From: Octopus vulgaris
Taxonomy: Eukaryota
Assembly (NCBI GenBank): GCA_951406725.2
Contig: OX597836.1
Span: 30,628,001 to 30,692,000, forward strand
Reading direction: 5' to 3'
Length of the DNA: 64,000 bases
The notes under the pieces are model-generated. The model saw only the letters and a list, made by a program, of their open reading frames with translations. It made no database searches and had not been told where the DNA came from. Position numbers and translations under genes: made by a program. This document shows positions 26,311-40,857 of this stretch, one piece after another (position 1 is the first letter of the stretch; each line of letters begins with the position of its first letter).

Positions 26311-26897
26311 GAATGATAAGAGAAGTTGAGTTTCCAACTCAAAATTAAATTCATTTTTATTTCATAAGAGCAATATAAATAATATATTGTCTCAATAATT
26401 TAATTCTACTTCAAAAGTTTAAGTAATTTGCTTGAAAGCTATCTACTACCATCATTGTATGTTTTTATTATTATTATTATTATTATTATTGCATTTATTT
26501 TTTAGTTTATTTCTTTAATAACTTTAATGAAACAAGTGTGTATATAGATATACAGACACACGTGTGTGTGTGTGTGTATTATCTTGTCATCTTCTCAGAC
26601 AATACATTTTGTTTCTTTTTGAAACTTTAATATATATTTTGTCGTTAGCTTCTTAAGATACTTTATTGAAGAATTACAACAGAAAATTGAACAAAATGTT
26701 TGCACTTTCTCTGTTTCTCTGTAGTGAAGTGAGAAAGAAATAAAACATGAAAAATGAATATTTTAGTGAATGAATTTATTGTTTCTACCTTTTAAAACTT
26801 TATATTTAGCTTATATAGAAAACAGCGTATTTTATACCATATTGAATATCAGTTTACATAGATAGCATTTAAAAATTGTATGTTTTACCTTATGTAG

Positions 26898-26935
<38 letters not shown>

Positions 26936-28861
26936 ATTAAGAATATATTTACATAGATGGCTTTCAAAACTTTATATTTATCTTATATATAGAAAACATA
27001 TTTTTTTATTTTTATACCATTGGCATCATGGCCATTTTACATCTGATTTCCATATTGTCATGTATTGGACAAGTCATGTCTGCTCTTTTAGATGGGCTGG
27101 GAGGATCTTGCTCTTAAGTTTTATTTGTTGTTTGTAAAGAGTGCCCCTGCCAGTACCATGCAACAAGAGCACCTGTGTTGATGCCACATATAAAGCACCT
27201 ATGCCAATGCAAAATAAAGCACCTGTGGTGGTGTCACGTAAAAAGCTCCCATGCTGGTACTACATATAAAGCACCCTGTGCCAGTTCCTCATAAAAGGCT
27301 CTCAGTACTCTCTGTTAAGTGGGTGACTTTAGGAAGGGCATCCAGTGACAGAAACTATGCCAAAACAGACAATTGGACCCTTGGCAGCTCTCTGGCTTGC
27401 CAGTTCTAGCCATACCTATTTCTTTACTACCCACAAGGGGTTAAATACAGAGAGGACAGACAAACAGATGAAGTCGATTATATCAACCCCAGTGCGTAAC
27501 TGGTACTTATTTAATCGACCCTGAAAGGATGAAAGGCAAAGTCGACCTCGGCGGAATTTGAACTCAGAACATAGTGGCAGACGAAATACCGCAAGACATT
27601 TTGCCCGGCGTGCTAATGTTTCTGCCAGCTCGCCATCCAACCCATGCCAGCATGGAAAACAGATATTAGATGATGGTGGTGGCAGCGGCGGTATTTTTTA
27701 ACATCATCCACTTTATTGTGTTTGGTGTATCAGGTACATTTTTTCTAGTGGGGTTGTTAACATCTTTGACAAGACAAAAGGGTCTTCACAATCCCACACA
27801 AAATAGAGTGTGTTGGATGATGTATTTATTTTACCATGGCATCAGCACTTGAGAGGATATTAGTGATGGGGATGGGTAGCAAGAGGTGGGTGGATAAATG
27901 GTGAGAGTGTATGATGGTTGTTAGTGCAAAATGACCAGTGGAGAGCATAATTAGAATGTATGAGGTTCATATATTAACATAGGTACAATATATTGATTTC
28001 AAATTTTAGCACAAGGCCGGCATTTCAGAAGAGGGGTAAGTCGGTTACATTGACCCCAGTTGTCGTCTGGTATTTATTTTATCAACCCTGAAAGTCAACT
28101 TTAGTGGAATTTGAACTCAGAACATAAAGACAGATGAAATGCCACTAAGCATTATGCCTGACATGCTAATGTTTCTGCCAGCTCGCCACCTTCATGAGGT
28201 GCATATATTAACATAGGTACAATATATTAAACATGGATGGCCTTTAAAAATTTGCCCCTCTCCTTGGGCCTTCAAAGACTATACAGCTTAATCCTTTCTT
28301 CCTGACAGCTTGCTCTAGGATTCTACCTCCACTCCATCCCCACCCTTGCCTATATTTTTTGCATACATTAATTTACTGATGTTCAAGGTGATCAGACCAC
28401 ATCTATTTTTCCAGCATGGGAGGACCTGCAGTCCCTCCTTTCTCCCCCTACACCAACTAACCTATAAAAACACAAGAAGGGAAAACTAGACCTGGTGATT
28501 TTAAATTCAAGTTCTACTGAATATATTATCGTTTAGCCCTCCCTACTAAGTCAAACCTGATTGAGGAAACCAATGATGAAAACAATTTAATTGGCTGAGT
28601 GATTAGAGCACACGGGAAAATAGTTTGTAGTATTTGTTTCATCTCTTTGAACTCTGAGTTCAAGTAACTCTTGAGTCAATGTTGCTTTTCATCTTTTGTT
28701 GGGTGGAGGTCAATTTAAAAAATGTACTGCTCCATGGTAGTGCATTAGCAGAACCATTATTTGTAGTGTTTGTTTCATTCGTCTGCACTCTGAGTTCAAA
28801 TACCTCCTGGGTCAATATTGCCTTTCATCTTTTGTGGGGTGGGATCAATTAAATAAATTAC

Positions 28862-29124
28862 GCCTGGCCCCCGTGCCGGTGGCACGTAAAAAGCACCATC
28901 CGACCGTGGCCGTTTGCCAGCCCCGTCTGGCAGCTGTGCCAGTGGCACGTAAAAAGCACCCACTACACTCACGGAGTGGTTGGCGTTAGGAAGGGCATCC
29001 AGCCGTAGAAACATTGGCAGATCAGACTGGGCCTGGTGCAGCCTTCTAGCTTCCCAGACCCCAGTTGAACCGTCCAACCCATGCTAGCATGGAAAGCGGA
29101 CGCTAAATGATGATGATGATGATG
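28862..29124 (+). mobile_element. SINE-like family C with (ATG)n tail and internal GTGCCGGTGGCACGTAAAAAGCACC subrepeats
   Basis: Multi-copy: 20829-21165 (-), 22140-22570 (+), 23820-24235 (-), 25253-25790 (-), 47650-48042 (+), 57185-57460 (-). Constant 3' end CCAACCCATGCTAGCATGGAAAGCGGACG.TAAATGATGATG. Confidence 0.85.
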
Positions 29125-29609
29125 ACTGCTCCTTGGTAGGGGACAGGCAGAACCATTAGAACATCAGGCAAGATACCTTGCTGTATTTTTTCCAACACTT
29201 GTGATTCTAAGTACTTGGATGGCAGCCCGGGAGACTTAATATCAGAGAGGTCAGAGTCCTAAGTATGCCATTAACCCTTTTGTTACCATATTCCTGTTCA
29301 AACACACTGCTTTTTGTTTTAGTAAGTTTTAAAGAATTTGGTAAAATAACTTTGTCGTTATTAAGCTGATATTTGGAACATAAATTAACATGAGATTTCG
29401 CTGGAAGGTTTTAATTTAGATCACTTTAAAAACAAGAAGTTTATATCATAGGCTTGGGAATGGCCTCAGGCAGGTTGGTATCAAAATGGTTAGAACTGCT
29501 ACCTGTTTTTGAATGAAAATAGTTTACTGATGATGATGTTATGTTGGAAGACCATGTAAGAAACTTGGTTTATGTATGTTACAAGTTTGGGTGTAACACA
29601 TAAACCACA

Positions 29610-29836
29610 TTAACCCTTTAGTATTTAAACCGGCCATATCCGGCCAAAATAGCTAATCTGTTTTATGTTCAAACTGACCAGATCCAGGCCCTCACACCTA
29701 CCCTACAATGTTATTCTACATTAAGTAATTACACCACCAAGATCTTGAAGATATGAGATAATGCATGATTAATTCAAATCAATGTGAATCAATAAGCATT
29801 ATGTTTGATAGAATAATCTGAACACTAAAGGGTTAA
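29610..29836. mobile_element. piggyBac-like MITE family D
   Basis: TTAA-CCCTTTAG...CTAAAGGG-TTAA. Related copies near 34478-34706, 44160-44606 (with a nested copy at 44214-44440), 56308-56533 and 57612-57781. Confidence 0.8.
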
Positions 29837-32800
29837 GGGAGATAATTCTGGTTTTAATGACACCCCCTCCACTACCAAACTTTATCCTTCTTTAATTGAA
29901 TTTTAACCAAATAATGTTGTTCTTTAAAAAGATCGTTACATTCAATCTTTTTTCCATGACGTTGGTGTTTTCCCTGTTCTAATGAGAGGTGGGGTAAAGC
30001 TTAAACATCAAAGCTCAGCGAAGAGTGCAAATTGTATAACTTTAAGGAATCTGATCAAAAGAGCTGTTTTTTATGGTAAGGCTTATGCTAATTATAACCG
30101 AAATATATTTTTAGTATCCACATTTTTTTATTTTAAATTTATTGTAAATTTATTAAGTTCCCCTTTATCATCATTTTAATATTTAAATATTCCACCATAA
30201 CTGAGGTTAAGATTGAAAGATTTTTCTTTCCATCTTGTTTGATCAAGGATAGTTTAAATCAACATTTATTGTTGTGGTTGAACTGTATGTGTGTATGCAT
30301 ATATTTGCATGTATATATATATATATATATAGGTATGTGTGTGTGTGTGTGTGTATGCATATATTTGCATGTATATAAATGATATATATGCATGTATATA
30401 TATATGTAAAAGTATGTATGTATGCATATGTGTATTTGAATATATGTGTATGTATACAGATACACACACACTCTTTGTCAGGTGAGCAGTTTAAAAGTAC
30501 ATTAAAATAGTAATTTAGTCCCTAATGATGCTGTGATGGATGTTAAGTTTAGTCACTTTTTAAATATTTGAAGTTACAAAAAAAAAAAATAGACATATTT
30601 TTGTTAATTATTTGTTGATGCTTTTTATAAAAAAATATATTTTACTTTAATTTCTTTGTAAAACTTTTCACTCTAATTCATTTTAATTATAAGGCCAAAC
30701 ATTATGATTGTGCTTAATTTTCATTATTCTAATTATTTACTGTTGCAATCCCAATCTTGTTTGATTTATGGCTTGTAATGTTTGTAGGAGTTGACTTTGC
30801 CACAAAGGCCGCCCTGCTTCAACATTATTTATGACTCATGTTCTGCTTACATGACTTTGGTCATTAAACATAATATAAATGTGAGAATTTATGGGTTGGA
30901 CTATCTCCTGGTATTGGAAATATTTATGTCTTTTGTCTTATTAAGATGCTGGACTAATGGCCCCTCAGGTCATAAGATTAGATCTTTCACATTTCACTCT
31001 GGGGCAGAGTATATTAATTTGCTTGCCTCAATCTATCTAGAAGAAATATGAGTGCCACTTGTATGTTCCATGTTGAACCATTAACAATTAGGTGAAAATC
31101 TAGCTGTATACACATGGCTTATTCTAACAACTTCTAAATAACAATGGTCTGCATTTTCAAAAACATTTATCTCTTCAGCTAGTATTTTTTTTTTAAATTG
31201 TAATTGGAAATGTAAACATTTCCAAAGAATGTTTCATCAGATAAAGGAAAGAAATTAATGTACTTTAACCCTTTTAACCCTTTCGTTACCGTATTTATTT
31301 TGGGATGCTCTGTGTTTCTCCCAATTATTTTAAATATTACAAAGAATTTAGTAAAATAACTTGGTTATCGTTAAGCTAGTGTTAGGAACATAAATTGTGA
31401 CTAAGGTTTGGTGGAAGATTTTAATTCAAAACTTATGAAAACAAGACATTTGTGCTACAGAGCCACAGCCGGTTTCAGCCGGGTTGGTAATGAAAGGGTT
31501 AATACCAACCCTCATGAGACCATTCCTGGTTCTATGATACACATTTCATGTTTAAAAGTGACCTATGTTAAAAGCTAACATTAAAATTACATGTAAATTT
31601 ATGTTCCACACAACAGCTTAAAAATGAGAATTATTTTACTAAATTTTTCATTATTTTCAAAATTACTTGAAATACGAGCAGAGTATTTCAATAGAAATAT
31701 AGAAAGAAATGGGTTAAATCTTCGCAATTGTGAGTTCAATTCCTGGTGACATGTTGTGCCCTTAAGCAAGACACTTCATTTCATGTTGCACCTGTAATTC
31801 AATGGGCCAGCCTTGTCACATCATGCTGAATCTCCCAGAAAATTATGTGAAGGGTGTGCATGTCTGTGGAGTGTTCAGCCATTTGCACATTAATTTCATG
31901 AGTAAGTTGTTCCATTGTTCAGATCAACTAGAACCCTCATTGTTGTAAGCAATGGAGTGCCATTTATAGTATTGAGTGGTGAAGGCACATGGCTTAGTCA
32001 TTAGGGTGTCACACTCATGGCTGTAAGATTGTGATTTCGATTCCCAGACTGAACAGTGTGTTACGCTTTTGAGCAAATCACATCATTTCATGCCATGTTG
32101 CTTGGCGATCATTTCAACATCTGACATGTGATACTTTGTGTACCCGTTCAGGCTATGTCGATTTGATGCAGGGAGTGGACTGATGTACGGAACAAATATT
32201 TGATCACTATAAACAAATCCCTTATACAGGTTATACAGGTTCAGCAAGAGATTGCAGAACCCTCATCCGTCATTTATGACAGGAAAAATCCACCATTGTG
32301 TTCAATACAGAGTTGCTGTGTATTTATTAACCGCAAAACCTAATCAGGGTTTTGTTACAAATGTGAAAAGTTTCATCATTATCAGTGACGGTGAAAGACC
32401 TTTCAGAGTGATTTTCTAATTCACTTTACGCTTGTTTCCCAACTGACATTAATTAATTGCCAATTATATAAATTAAATTATTAAATGTAATTATATAAAG
32501 AGGCAGAAATACTGCACTCTGGACAGTTTTCTACTGGCTTGTATACATTGTTCTATTTTTGTATTTAACGAACTACATTGCTCAGCGTGGCCTATTCTTA
32601 TGTAAGATGATATGGTGCAATTAGTGAGAAATTTGGCTGCTGTTTATAACAGGTCAAGTTATGGTGTATGAGTTGCTTAGGGAAAGTAAAGTAGATGGTA
32701 TACATGCATATGTATGTATATATTATCTTGTCCTTTTGTATATATAGGACTATATTTTCTAATGAGTCCTTTACTAATTTAACTCGTTAGCATTCAGATT

Positions 32801-32893
32801 ACTCTACTCTGTCAAATGTAAAACTTATTTATTCACATTGTTTTGAATTGATCTTATTTATTGTCTCATAACTTCAAAATTTCAATGAATTGA

Positions 32894-33475
32894 TTATTAC
32901 CTCCGCCTTAACGATGGCGGGGGTATTGTTTTCAGTTGCGTTTGTTTGTTTGTCCGTGGACAAGATATCTCAAGAACTGCTGGATGGATTCGGATGAAAC
33001 TTTCGGGGATGTTTGGCCTCATGCCTGGCATAAACTAATTAGATTTTGAGATCGATCCGGTAGCGGACAAGGATTCTGGATTATTTGTTATATTTACTTT
33101 ACTTCACATGATTACGATCTTAAGTTAACTTTCAAGTCTTCTCAGTTATCTCCCTTTAGGCTGTAAATATTTTGAATGGTGAATTTAACTTTGGCTTGTA
33201 TTAGATAAATATAAACTACTTATTACTGTTACTAAATTTTCTACAGCCACCTTCACAATCCCTGTCTCCCATTGGGGTCGATCAGGTACCGGACAAGGAT
33301 TTTGGATTATTTTTTCCAGTGATTTTACTTAATTTTTGGGAGCGGTTGGGTTCAGTTTTAGTATTCTTGTTTGTGAGAGCAGTTGAGATTATTTCAGATA
33401 TTCTCATCTTGAAAATCATCTCCAGCTAATCGTTGAGAGGACATTGGTGTTGCCTTGGCAGCTGTTTGTGCTCCT
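32894..33475 (+). mobile_element. Helentron-associated (DINE-1/HINE-like) non-autonomous element inside a family D MITE
   Basis: 5' TTATTACCTCCGCC..GGCGGGGGT palindrome, (GTTT)n/GTCC tract, GGATGGATTCGGATGAAACTTT core and degenerate 3' TTGGC end. The host MITE continues on both sides. Confidence 0.6.
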
Positions 33476-34194
33476 TTATTTTTAGAATGACAATATAGGG
33501 TATATGTGAGAGAGCAGATCTGGTTGGTTTGAACATAAAAACAAGAATATTTGGGTCAGATATTGCCAATTTAAATGCTACAAGGTTAAGATGGTAGGTT
33601 GGTTTTGAGGAATGTGTGGCTGCTATTTCTAGCAGGTTGGAATACTCAACCGTTTATATTTTAATACAATGTGTAGATAATCCTGTTCATTGAACAACTG
33701 GAAACCTTCGTTCAACGAAACCGATATACTGATGCAAAATCCATTCATTGGAAAAACCACTCGACCATGAGTACATATATTCCAGCTCGCTGACATAGGG
33801 AAAATATATGCAAAAATTATACAAATGTGAAATACCATGAAATAATTTTTCTTATATTATCCGCCACAGCCCTCTCTCTCTTCCCTATTAATAACACGTA
33901 ACAATCAATACTGTCATCGTGCTGGTTTAAAGTGTGCATTTTCATGCTGGCATGGTTTGTGTGAATTTCTAGAACGCCTTATCTCTCTGTTTATCTTCTT
34001 ACCTTGATCTGTGGCACCAAATTCTTCACACCAGACTTTGTCCGTAAAACTTAGCCTACTTCTCTTTCTGCGTAGTTATCATTTGCTAAAGCAAACTTTC
34101 CTAGAAATAGCTCCAAGACTGATCTAAATCATTGCAAGAAGATCACTATATCTAAACTAGACTATTGAGCTCTCTCTCTCTCTCTCTTTCTATA

Positions 34195-34260
<66 letters not shown>

Positions 34261-34715
34261 TATCTCTTCTCCCCCATCTCTCTCCCCTCTCTTCCTCTCT
34301 CTCTTGTTAGGCCATCATAAATACTTTTGAGATTGCTGTTTAGCCCCAGGCCGCTTCTGATCAAGCAAACTTACTGTGATCAAAGGTATTCTATCCATGA
34401 CCAACCCATTTTATATGAATATATATATGTGTGTATCAGATTGTATCTAGGATGATAGCCAGTGTATTTTTCTGTGTTAACCCTTTAGTGTTCAGATTAT
34501 TCTGTCAAATGTAATGTTTGTTTATTTATATTGTTTTACATTAATCATGCATTATTTTGTAATTTAGAGATACCGATGACGTGATTGTTTAGTCTTAGAA
34601 TGGACATAGTAGGGTGGAGGTGAGAGGCCAGATCTGACCAGTTTCAACATAAAACAGGTTAAACGTTTCGGCCTGATATGGCCAGTTTGAATGCTTAAAG
34701 GGTTAAAGAGCACAA

Positions 34716-34948
34716 GGCGGCGAGCTGAGCAGAAACGTTAGCACGCCGGGCGAACTGCGTAGCCGTATTTCGTCTGTCGTTACGCTGTGAGTTCAAATTC
34801 CGCCGAGGTCGACTTTGCCTTTCATCCTTTCGGGGTCGATAAATTAAGTAGCAGTTACGCACTGGGGTCGATGGAATCGACTTAATACCTATGTCTGTCC
34901 TTGTTTGTCCCATCTATGTTTAGCCCCTTGTGGGTAATAAAGAAATAA
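34716..34948 (+). mobile_element. SINE family B (full length) with 14-bp TSD
   Basis: GGCGGCGAGCTG...GAGTTCAAATTCC...GTCGACTTTGCCTTTCATCCTTTCGGGGTCGAT...AAAGAAATA. TSD GTTAAAGAGCACAA at 34702-34715 and 34949-34962. Related copies near 7170-7385, 21580-21795, 27415-27634 (-), 28000-28190 (-) and 62200-62405. Confidence 0.9.
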
Positions 34949-35217
34949 GTTAAAGAGCACAATGAGAGGCTTGGCTGCTATTTCTAGGAAGTTGAACAAT
35001 CATGTGGCGACTCCTTCAGCTTGAGACTTCCAACAGGATTTTGGTGGTGATTAAGGAACAAAATTAACAGAATCACTGGTGTGCAGGATAAAATACTTTG
35101 TGACATTTAAGAGTATGTTTTCCGCATTCTGGATTCAAATCCAGCCAAAAACAACTTTGCATTTCATTCTCCTGGGGTTAATAAAATAAAGCACCAGTCA
35201 AGTTTTTTGTCAATTTA

Positions 35218-35752
35218 GTTTCTCTGTCATTGGATTGTGGTCATGCTGGTGCATTGCCTTAAAGGATTTAGTCAAATAAATCAACTCCAGTGCTTTTTAT
35301 TTTTTTTAAGCCTGGTATTTATTCTATCAGTCTCTTTTGCTGAACTGCTAAGTTATGGGAACATAACCAACCTGACACTGGCTGTCAAGCATTGCAGGTT
35401 GGACAAATGCAAACACACGTACACATATATTTCTTTGCTGCCCACAAGGGGCTAAACATAGAGGGGACAAACAAGGACAGACAAAAGGATTAAGTCAATT
35501 ACATCGACCCCAGTGCAAAACTGGTACTTTATTTATTGACCCCGAAAGGATGAAAGGCAAAGTCGACCTCGGCGGAATTTGAACGTACACATAGATATAT
35601 ACAATGAGCTTTCTGTTTCTGTCTACCATATCCACTCACAATGCTTTGGATAGCCCAGGGCTATAATAGAAACACTTGCCGAAGGTGCGGTGCTGTAGAA
35701 TTGAACCCAGACTACATGTTGGGAAGCAAACTTCTCAACCAAAAAGCCATGC
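35218..35752 (-). mobile_element. Diverged SINE family A carrying a nested 5'-truncated family B SINE (35428-35582)
   Basis: Nested copy flanked by an 11-bp target-site duplication ACGTACACATA (35417-35427 and 35583-35593). Confidence 0.8.
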
Positions 35753-36269
35753 TTGTTCATTTTCCAAAATGCATAATTTCACACCTATATTAATCATTCC
35801 ATAAAAGAAAATTTTTTAAATTAGCTTCGTTTTATGTCCTTTTATTTTTCACCATGTTAGCATAAGAGATAGAATTGTTTTGGGGTTATTTTTAAGAAAG
35901 CTTATCACCTTATCTTTGTATGAATTATGTAATTTATTCAATTTTTTTAAATAAATTTATTCAATCCATAAAATCATAAAATATCCATTTAGTTTGAGTG
36001 ATCTCATCTTCATTGAAAATGTATGCCAACTAAAGATAGAGTTAATAAATAACATTTTTATTGCTAATCTTTTTTACATTAAAAAAATTATTGGCAACCA
36101 GCTTGAATTTCATATCCAAGTAGCACTATATTTAATTTCTTCTCTTCACTTGTTTACCAGCCATATATGCAAATTACTTTGGCAATGAGCAAGCCAACAA
36201 GTGAGCCTCTATGAGCACATTCATTTGCTAGAAATAGCTACCTAATCTCCATCACTTCACACTTTATAT

Positions 36270-36984
36270 CAGTGGTTCTCGGCTGGGGGTCCATATGGCC
36301 CCTGAGGGTTTACATAAGATTTTCAGGGATCCACATAACAAAATAGTAAATTTGGCAGCCACAACATTATTTTAAGGGCCCCCAGGAAAAATTTTGCTTT
36401 AGATGTATGTATTGCTGTAGATGTATATATTACAAGAAACTGCTAGGTTTCTCTCCCAAACATTTTACATAGTTTAACTTATACAAGCTGTGAAAAACTA
36501 AATAGGAATTTTGAAAGAAGTTTCTATAAAACTAGTTCTCAGACATCAAATGGCTTTGGTGGGGTCTACCAGAATAAAATAGTATTCAAAGGCGTCCATA
36601 GGCAAAAAATGGTTGGGAACCCCTGCTCTATACCATTGGTTCTCACCTGGGGTCCATATGGCCCCTGAGGGTCCATACAAGATTTTTAGGGGTCCACGCA
36701 ACAAAATAAGCAATTGGGGATGTACAGTAAATATTTTAAGGGCCCTTGGGAAAATGTTGCTTTACATGTATGTATCAGTATGTATTGCAAGAAACAGCTT
36801 GGCTTCTCTGTCTAATATTTTACATAGTTCAACCTACACAACTTAATGGGTGAAAAGCAAAATAGGAATTTTGAAAGAAGTTTCCATAGAACTAGTTTTT
36901 AAACAGAGAATGGCTTTGAGGGGCCCACCAGAATAAAATAGTAATCAAAGGGGTCCATAGATAAAAATTGGTTGAGAACACCTA
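36270..36984. mobile_element. Two head-to-tail hAT (Charlie-like) MITEs of about 355 bp
   Basis: CAGTGGTTCTC...GGGAACCCCTG (36270-36625) and CATTGGTTCTC...GAGAACACCTA (36634-36984), bounded and separated by 8-mers CTTTATAT / CTCTATAC / CTTTCTAT. Confidence 0.8.
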
Positions 36985-38989
36985 CTTTCTATCTTAAAAT
37001 AATGGGGGTGAGTAGCATGTTTATCCAGGATAATGTAGAACTAGATTACTTGAACCCTTTAGCATTCAGATTACTCTCTAATTGTTTTGAATTAATCCTG
37101 CAATATCTCGTGTTGAGATTTCAATGATGTGCTTTATATATATAGTTTAGAGTGACATTGTAGGGTAGGTGTGAAAAGCCGGACCTGGCTGGTTTAAACA
37201 TAACACAGGTGGAATATTTAGGCATTCCCTGAAATTGATGGCCTTGTATCAAAATTTTAAACCACCGAGCACAGACAAACACATTTTTTTACAAATGTAG
37301 TATTCAAGAGTGAAGATTATGCTGCTGTGGACACGTGATGGATGTGCATGAATAATGGTTAAGCCTGTTTTCAAAAATGTATTCGAATTTGATGAGTAAC
37401 TTTCTATTTTCATTTCATGTCAGAACTCACAATCTTCCTTTATATATACCTATTAATGAAGGAGTTATTTTACAGAATCTCACCAGATTCTTCTTTGTTT
37501 TTAAAATAAACAAAAACAAACCAACTAATTGATAGATAAAACCATGTCGTTCATTAGAAGTATGCTCATGAAAGGGTTAGACTTTCCTATAAAATAATGC
37601 ATGTTCAGATTATAAATGTAAATCAAATTTCATCAAAATAAATGGACATTTTTAAGTAAACTTGTTCAGAAAATAAATTGGATATTCTTGGAAAGGTTTC
37701 ATTAAATAACTTCAATTCTCTGCATATAAATTAGTCAAAACTACCCATTTCCATTTCAGAATCAGCTCTTAAATTTTTGGATGGTCTCTTGAGGATTCTC
37801 TTGCTGAAAGCCGAGACTGCTTTGCATTTGAAACTAGTACACACACACATACATACTCACTGTTCAATTTCTCGATTAAAATATCAATAAATTATACATT
37901 TTTTTTTATCCAACATTTCTCTTTTTTTTCTTGTTTTGAGAATCATAGAGAATTAACTTCAAGAGATAAAATGGTGTTGCTCTTCTAAATATAGATTTGT
38001 TAAAAAAAAAAAAAAAAAATTTGGAAGAGAAAATGTTCAAGTCTCAAAGATATTTTATATGGGAAAGAGTAAGAGAAATATATATATGTATCAGATAATG
38101 CAGAATCCTATATATTTATATAATACAAGAATGCTGGTAGAGTGCAAGATCATAGCTCTCATGTACAAGTATGTATGTATGTTTGTGTGTGTGTATGTGG
38201 GAAGCTGCCTTGGTATGTACATATTAATAGATATATAGATGGGTATAGATACACAGATGTAAAACTAGATGATACAGATTGTCCTATATCTGAAATAGAG
38301 GCCATGCTGGTTTGAATGTGATTTATCCTCCTCAAAATTATGGCTTCTATCTCATCTGTTGGCAATATAAGCAAGCCTGTGTGGGAACCTGTATATGGTT
38401 GCTTGACTTGCTAGAAATAGCAATCAAATCTCTGTATAGTCTTTATCATAAAGAAGGGCACATTAAATAATGTTCTGTATTTACACTGGCTGTAAAAAAT
38501 GGAGCGGTTGTCGATCAGGATGCACTTGGTTTAGCATCGACTTAAGCAATAAGCTAATGAGAGTGTCTATGTGGTTAATGAACCTAAGAGAATTAACAAC
38601 TAAATCTCCCTGAAACCATCCTCGAAGAAGACCAAATTGAATAAAGAAGTCCTACATATGTCAGAAAATAAGATAGGTTGGTCATAGCTGGAACACCGTT
38701 GATCATAAGTCTGTTGGATCAGAGTTAACATGGGTTATTAAAACTAATAACATACACATTTTGTCTATCTACTTCAATGAAATGGTAATTAAATATCAAT
38801 TTGACTCGACATTAATGATGACATCCGTGTATTAAAAAAAAACACATTTTCACATCATGCAAATATCTAAATATGCATAACTTACCAGCATAGATAAACG
38901 GGATGAAAATGTAGTTCTGTTATCTCAGTAGTATTAATTTTGCCATTTATTCCTCTATTCATCCATTCATCTTCTCCACCCATTATTAC

Positions 38990-39330
38990 TGGGAGGACTG
39001 TGGGAGTAGAGTATTCAGGCACCTCCCCCTCAGGGTCCTATCTGAAGCAACCCTCATTAGACTTTCCGGCTAGATTCCCAAGCATGACCAACTGAGAGTA
39101 TGGATAAGATTCAACCATTTCATTCTTGGTCTACCCCTAGGTCTCCTCCCAGTTGAATCCGCCATCCTGCAATTCTTTCCTTCAGTTCTTATCCCATGTC
39201 TGTCATACCAGAGTTGTGACCTCGCAATGGCAAGACACCCTGATCTCTGAGCTATGCATTCTTCAAGTAACGTTACTCCAGAGATTCTTCAGAGGAACCT
39301 CATTTTAGATGCTTATATTTGTGATTGTAC
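38990..39330 (-). pseudogene. RTE-clade LINE 3' fragment; related pieces at about 60530-60720 and 63885-64000
   Basis: Minus-strand ASKMRFL..ISGVT and TGRRPRGRPRMKW motifs. Confidence 0.65.
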
Positions 39331-40341
39331 TAAGTTTTTTTAAAAATTATATATGTATACACACACACACATAGGTATGTCATAAATCCATTTGTTGTCT
39401 TTTTATTTAATCCTGAATATGTATATATATATATAAATATATACGAAAGAAGGTTTGAAAATGCAATTTAAAAGATGTTTATTTACTTAACCGGTTTCAC
39501 TCTTTGGAAAAAGATTGTCAAAAGTAACATAGAATATTATGAATTCAAAAAAGTTTTTTACATAATTGCCACATAACATGTATATATACAGTCTTTGGTA
39601 ATAGGGACATGTTTAGGACATGTGCGCATGCATGCAGCTGTATATGCTATGACCCAGCGTTGCCAGGTCATAGTGCTAGTTACTAATACAACACATTTTT
39701 GCCAGCTGAGTGGACTGGAGCAACAAGAAATAAAAAGTGTCTTGCTGAAGAGCACAGCAAGCCACCAGGAAATCCAACTCATGACCCTAACCACTAAGCT
39801 TCGTGTCTTCACAAGATTCAGTAAAGAATGCACTGGATGATATAGTGTCTCTGATAGATTCTGTGTAAAAGTCAAGAGTGTCTTTGTCATAAATTTGCTC
39901 TGTATGGCTAATTCAGGGTTAACAAACAGCAACAACCAATATTGTTTAATTCAGTCTTTCTCTCTCCCTCCCCACAGAAACTAATCATTTGTCTTGTGGA
40001 AAAAAAAATCAATATTTCTGTACAGATGTCAAATTCTCATTCAAATACTCGTTACTGTTTCAAATATAAAAATATAATAATTAACTCTTCAATCTTGATT
40101 GAGATTTAAAAATATGAACACTTTATTATGGTGTGTGTGTGTGTATGTGTCTCTCTCTCACTCTGGTTAATCTTAGAAATGTGAAAACGAAGATCACGAA
40201 AGAGTAAAACTTCCTGGGCTTGCTTAATAATTGAAAATCCTTGTCACATTGATTTTACTGTAGCTTAAGCCCTCTCTAGAACTACCATCTTCAGCTGCTC
40301 TGTGTTTTAAATCTTAAAAAATTGCTAGAAAATGCTTGACT

Positions 40342-40563
40342 TACAAGGATGTGCTAAAAAGTTCTTGGCTTTGGGTAAAAGAAAATACAGAAGAATCAGT
40401 TAATTATGATTTTTATTAAATATATTACCTTCTCAGATTCACACACTTATTGCAGGAGCCCTCCAGGTTTTCTAAGCCCTGTAAAAGAACTCAGAAGGTT
40501 GTGCCTCCAGCCAGGCCTTTTGTAATACCCTTAAAGCCAGGAATCGTTTAGCGCCCCCTCATA
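40342..40563. mobile_element. Mariner-type MITE
   Basis: Imperfect TIRs TACAAGGATGTGCTAAAAAGTTCTTGGCTTT and AAAGCCAGGAATCGTTTAGCGCCCCCTCATA with TA ends. Confidence 0.6.
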
Positions 40564-40857
40564 TAACAATTGTTCTTTTTAGAGACTACCTCTGTATATA
40601 TCACTTATTATTAACCCTTTCGTTACTGAATTTATTTTGAGATGCTCAGTGTTTCTTCCAATTATGTTAAATATAACAAAGAATTAAGTAAAATAACATT
40701 GTTATCATTAAGATAGAGTTAGGGACATAAATTGTGACTAAGGTTTGGTGGAAGATTTTAATTCAAAACTTTTGAAAACCAGACATTTGTACTAAAGAGC
40801 CAGAGCCGGTTTCAGCCGGGTTGATAACGAAAGGGTAATGGTATTAAATCTTATTTG

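Noticed and set aside
27140-27330. Regularly spaced 25-30 bp repeats (AAAGCACC..TG) resembling a CRISPR array
   Set aside because: Internal subrepeats of family C with no unique spacers and no cas genes; eukaryotic context.
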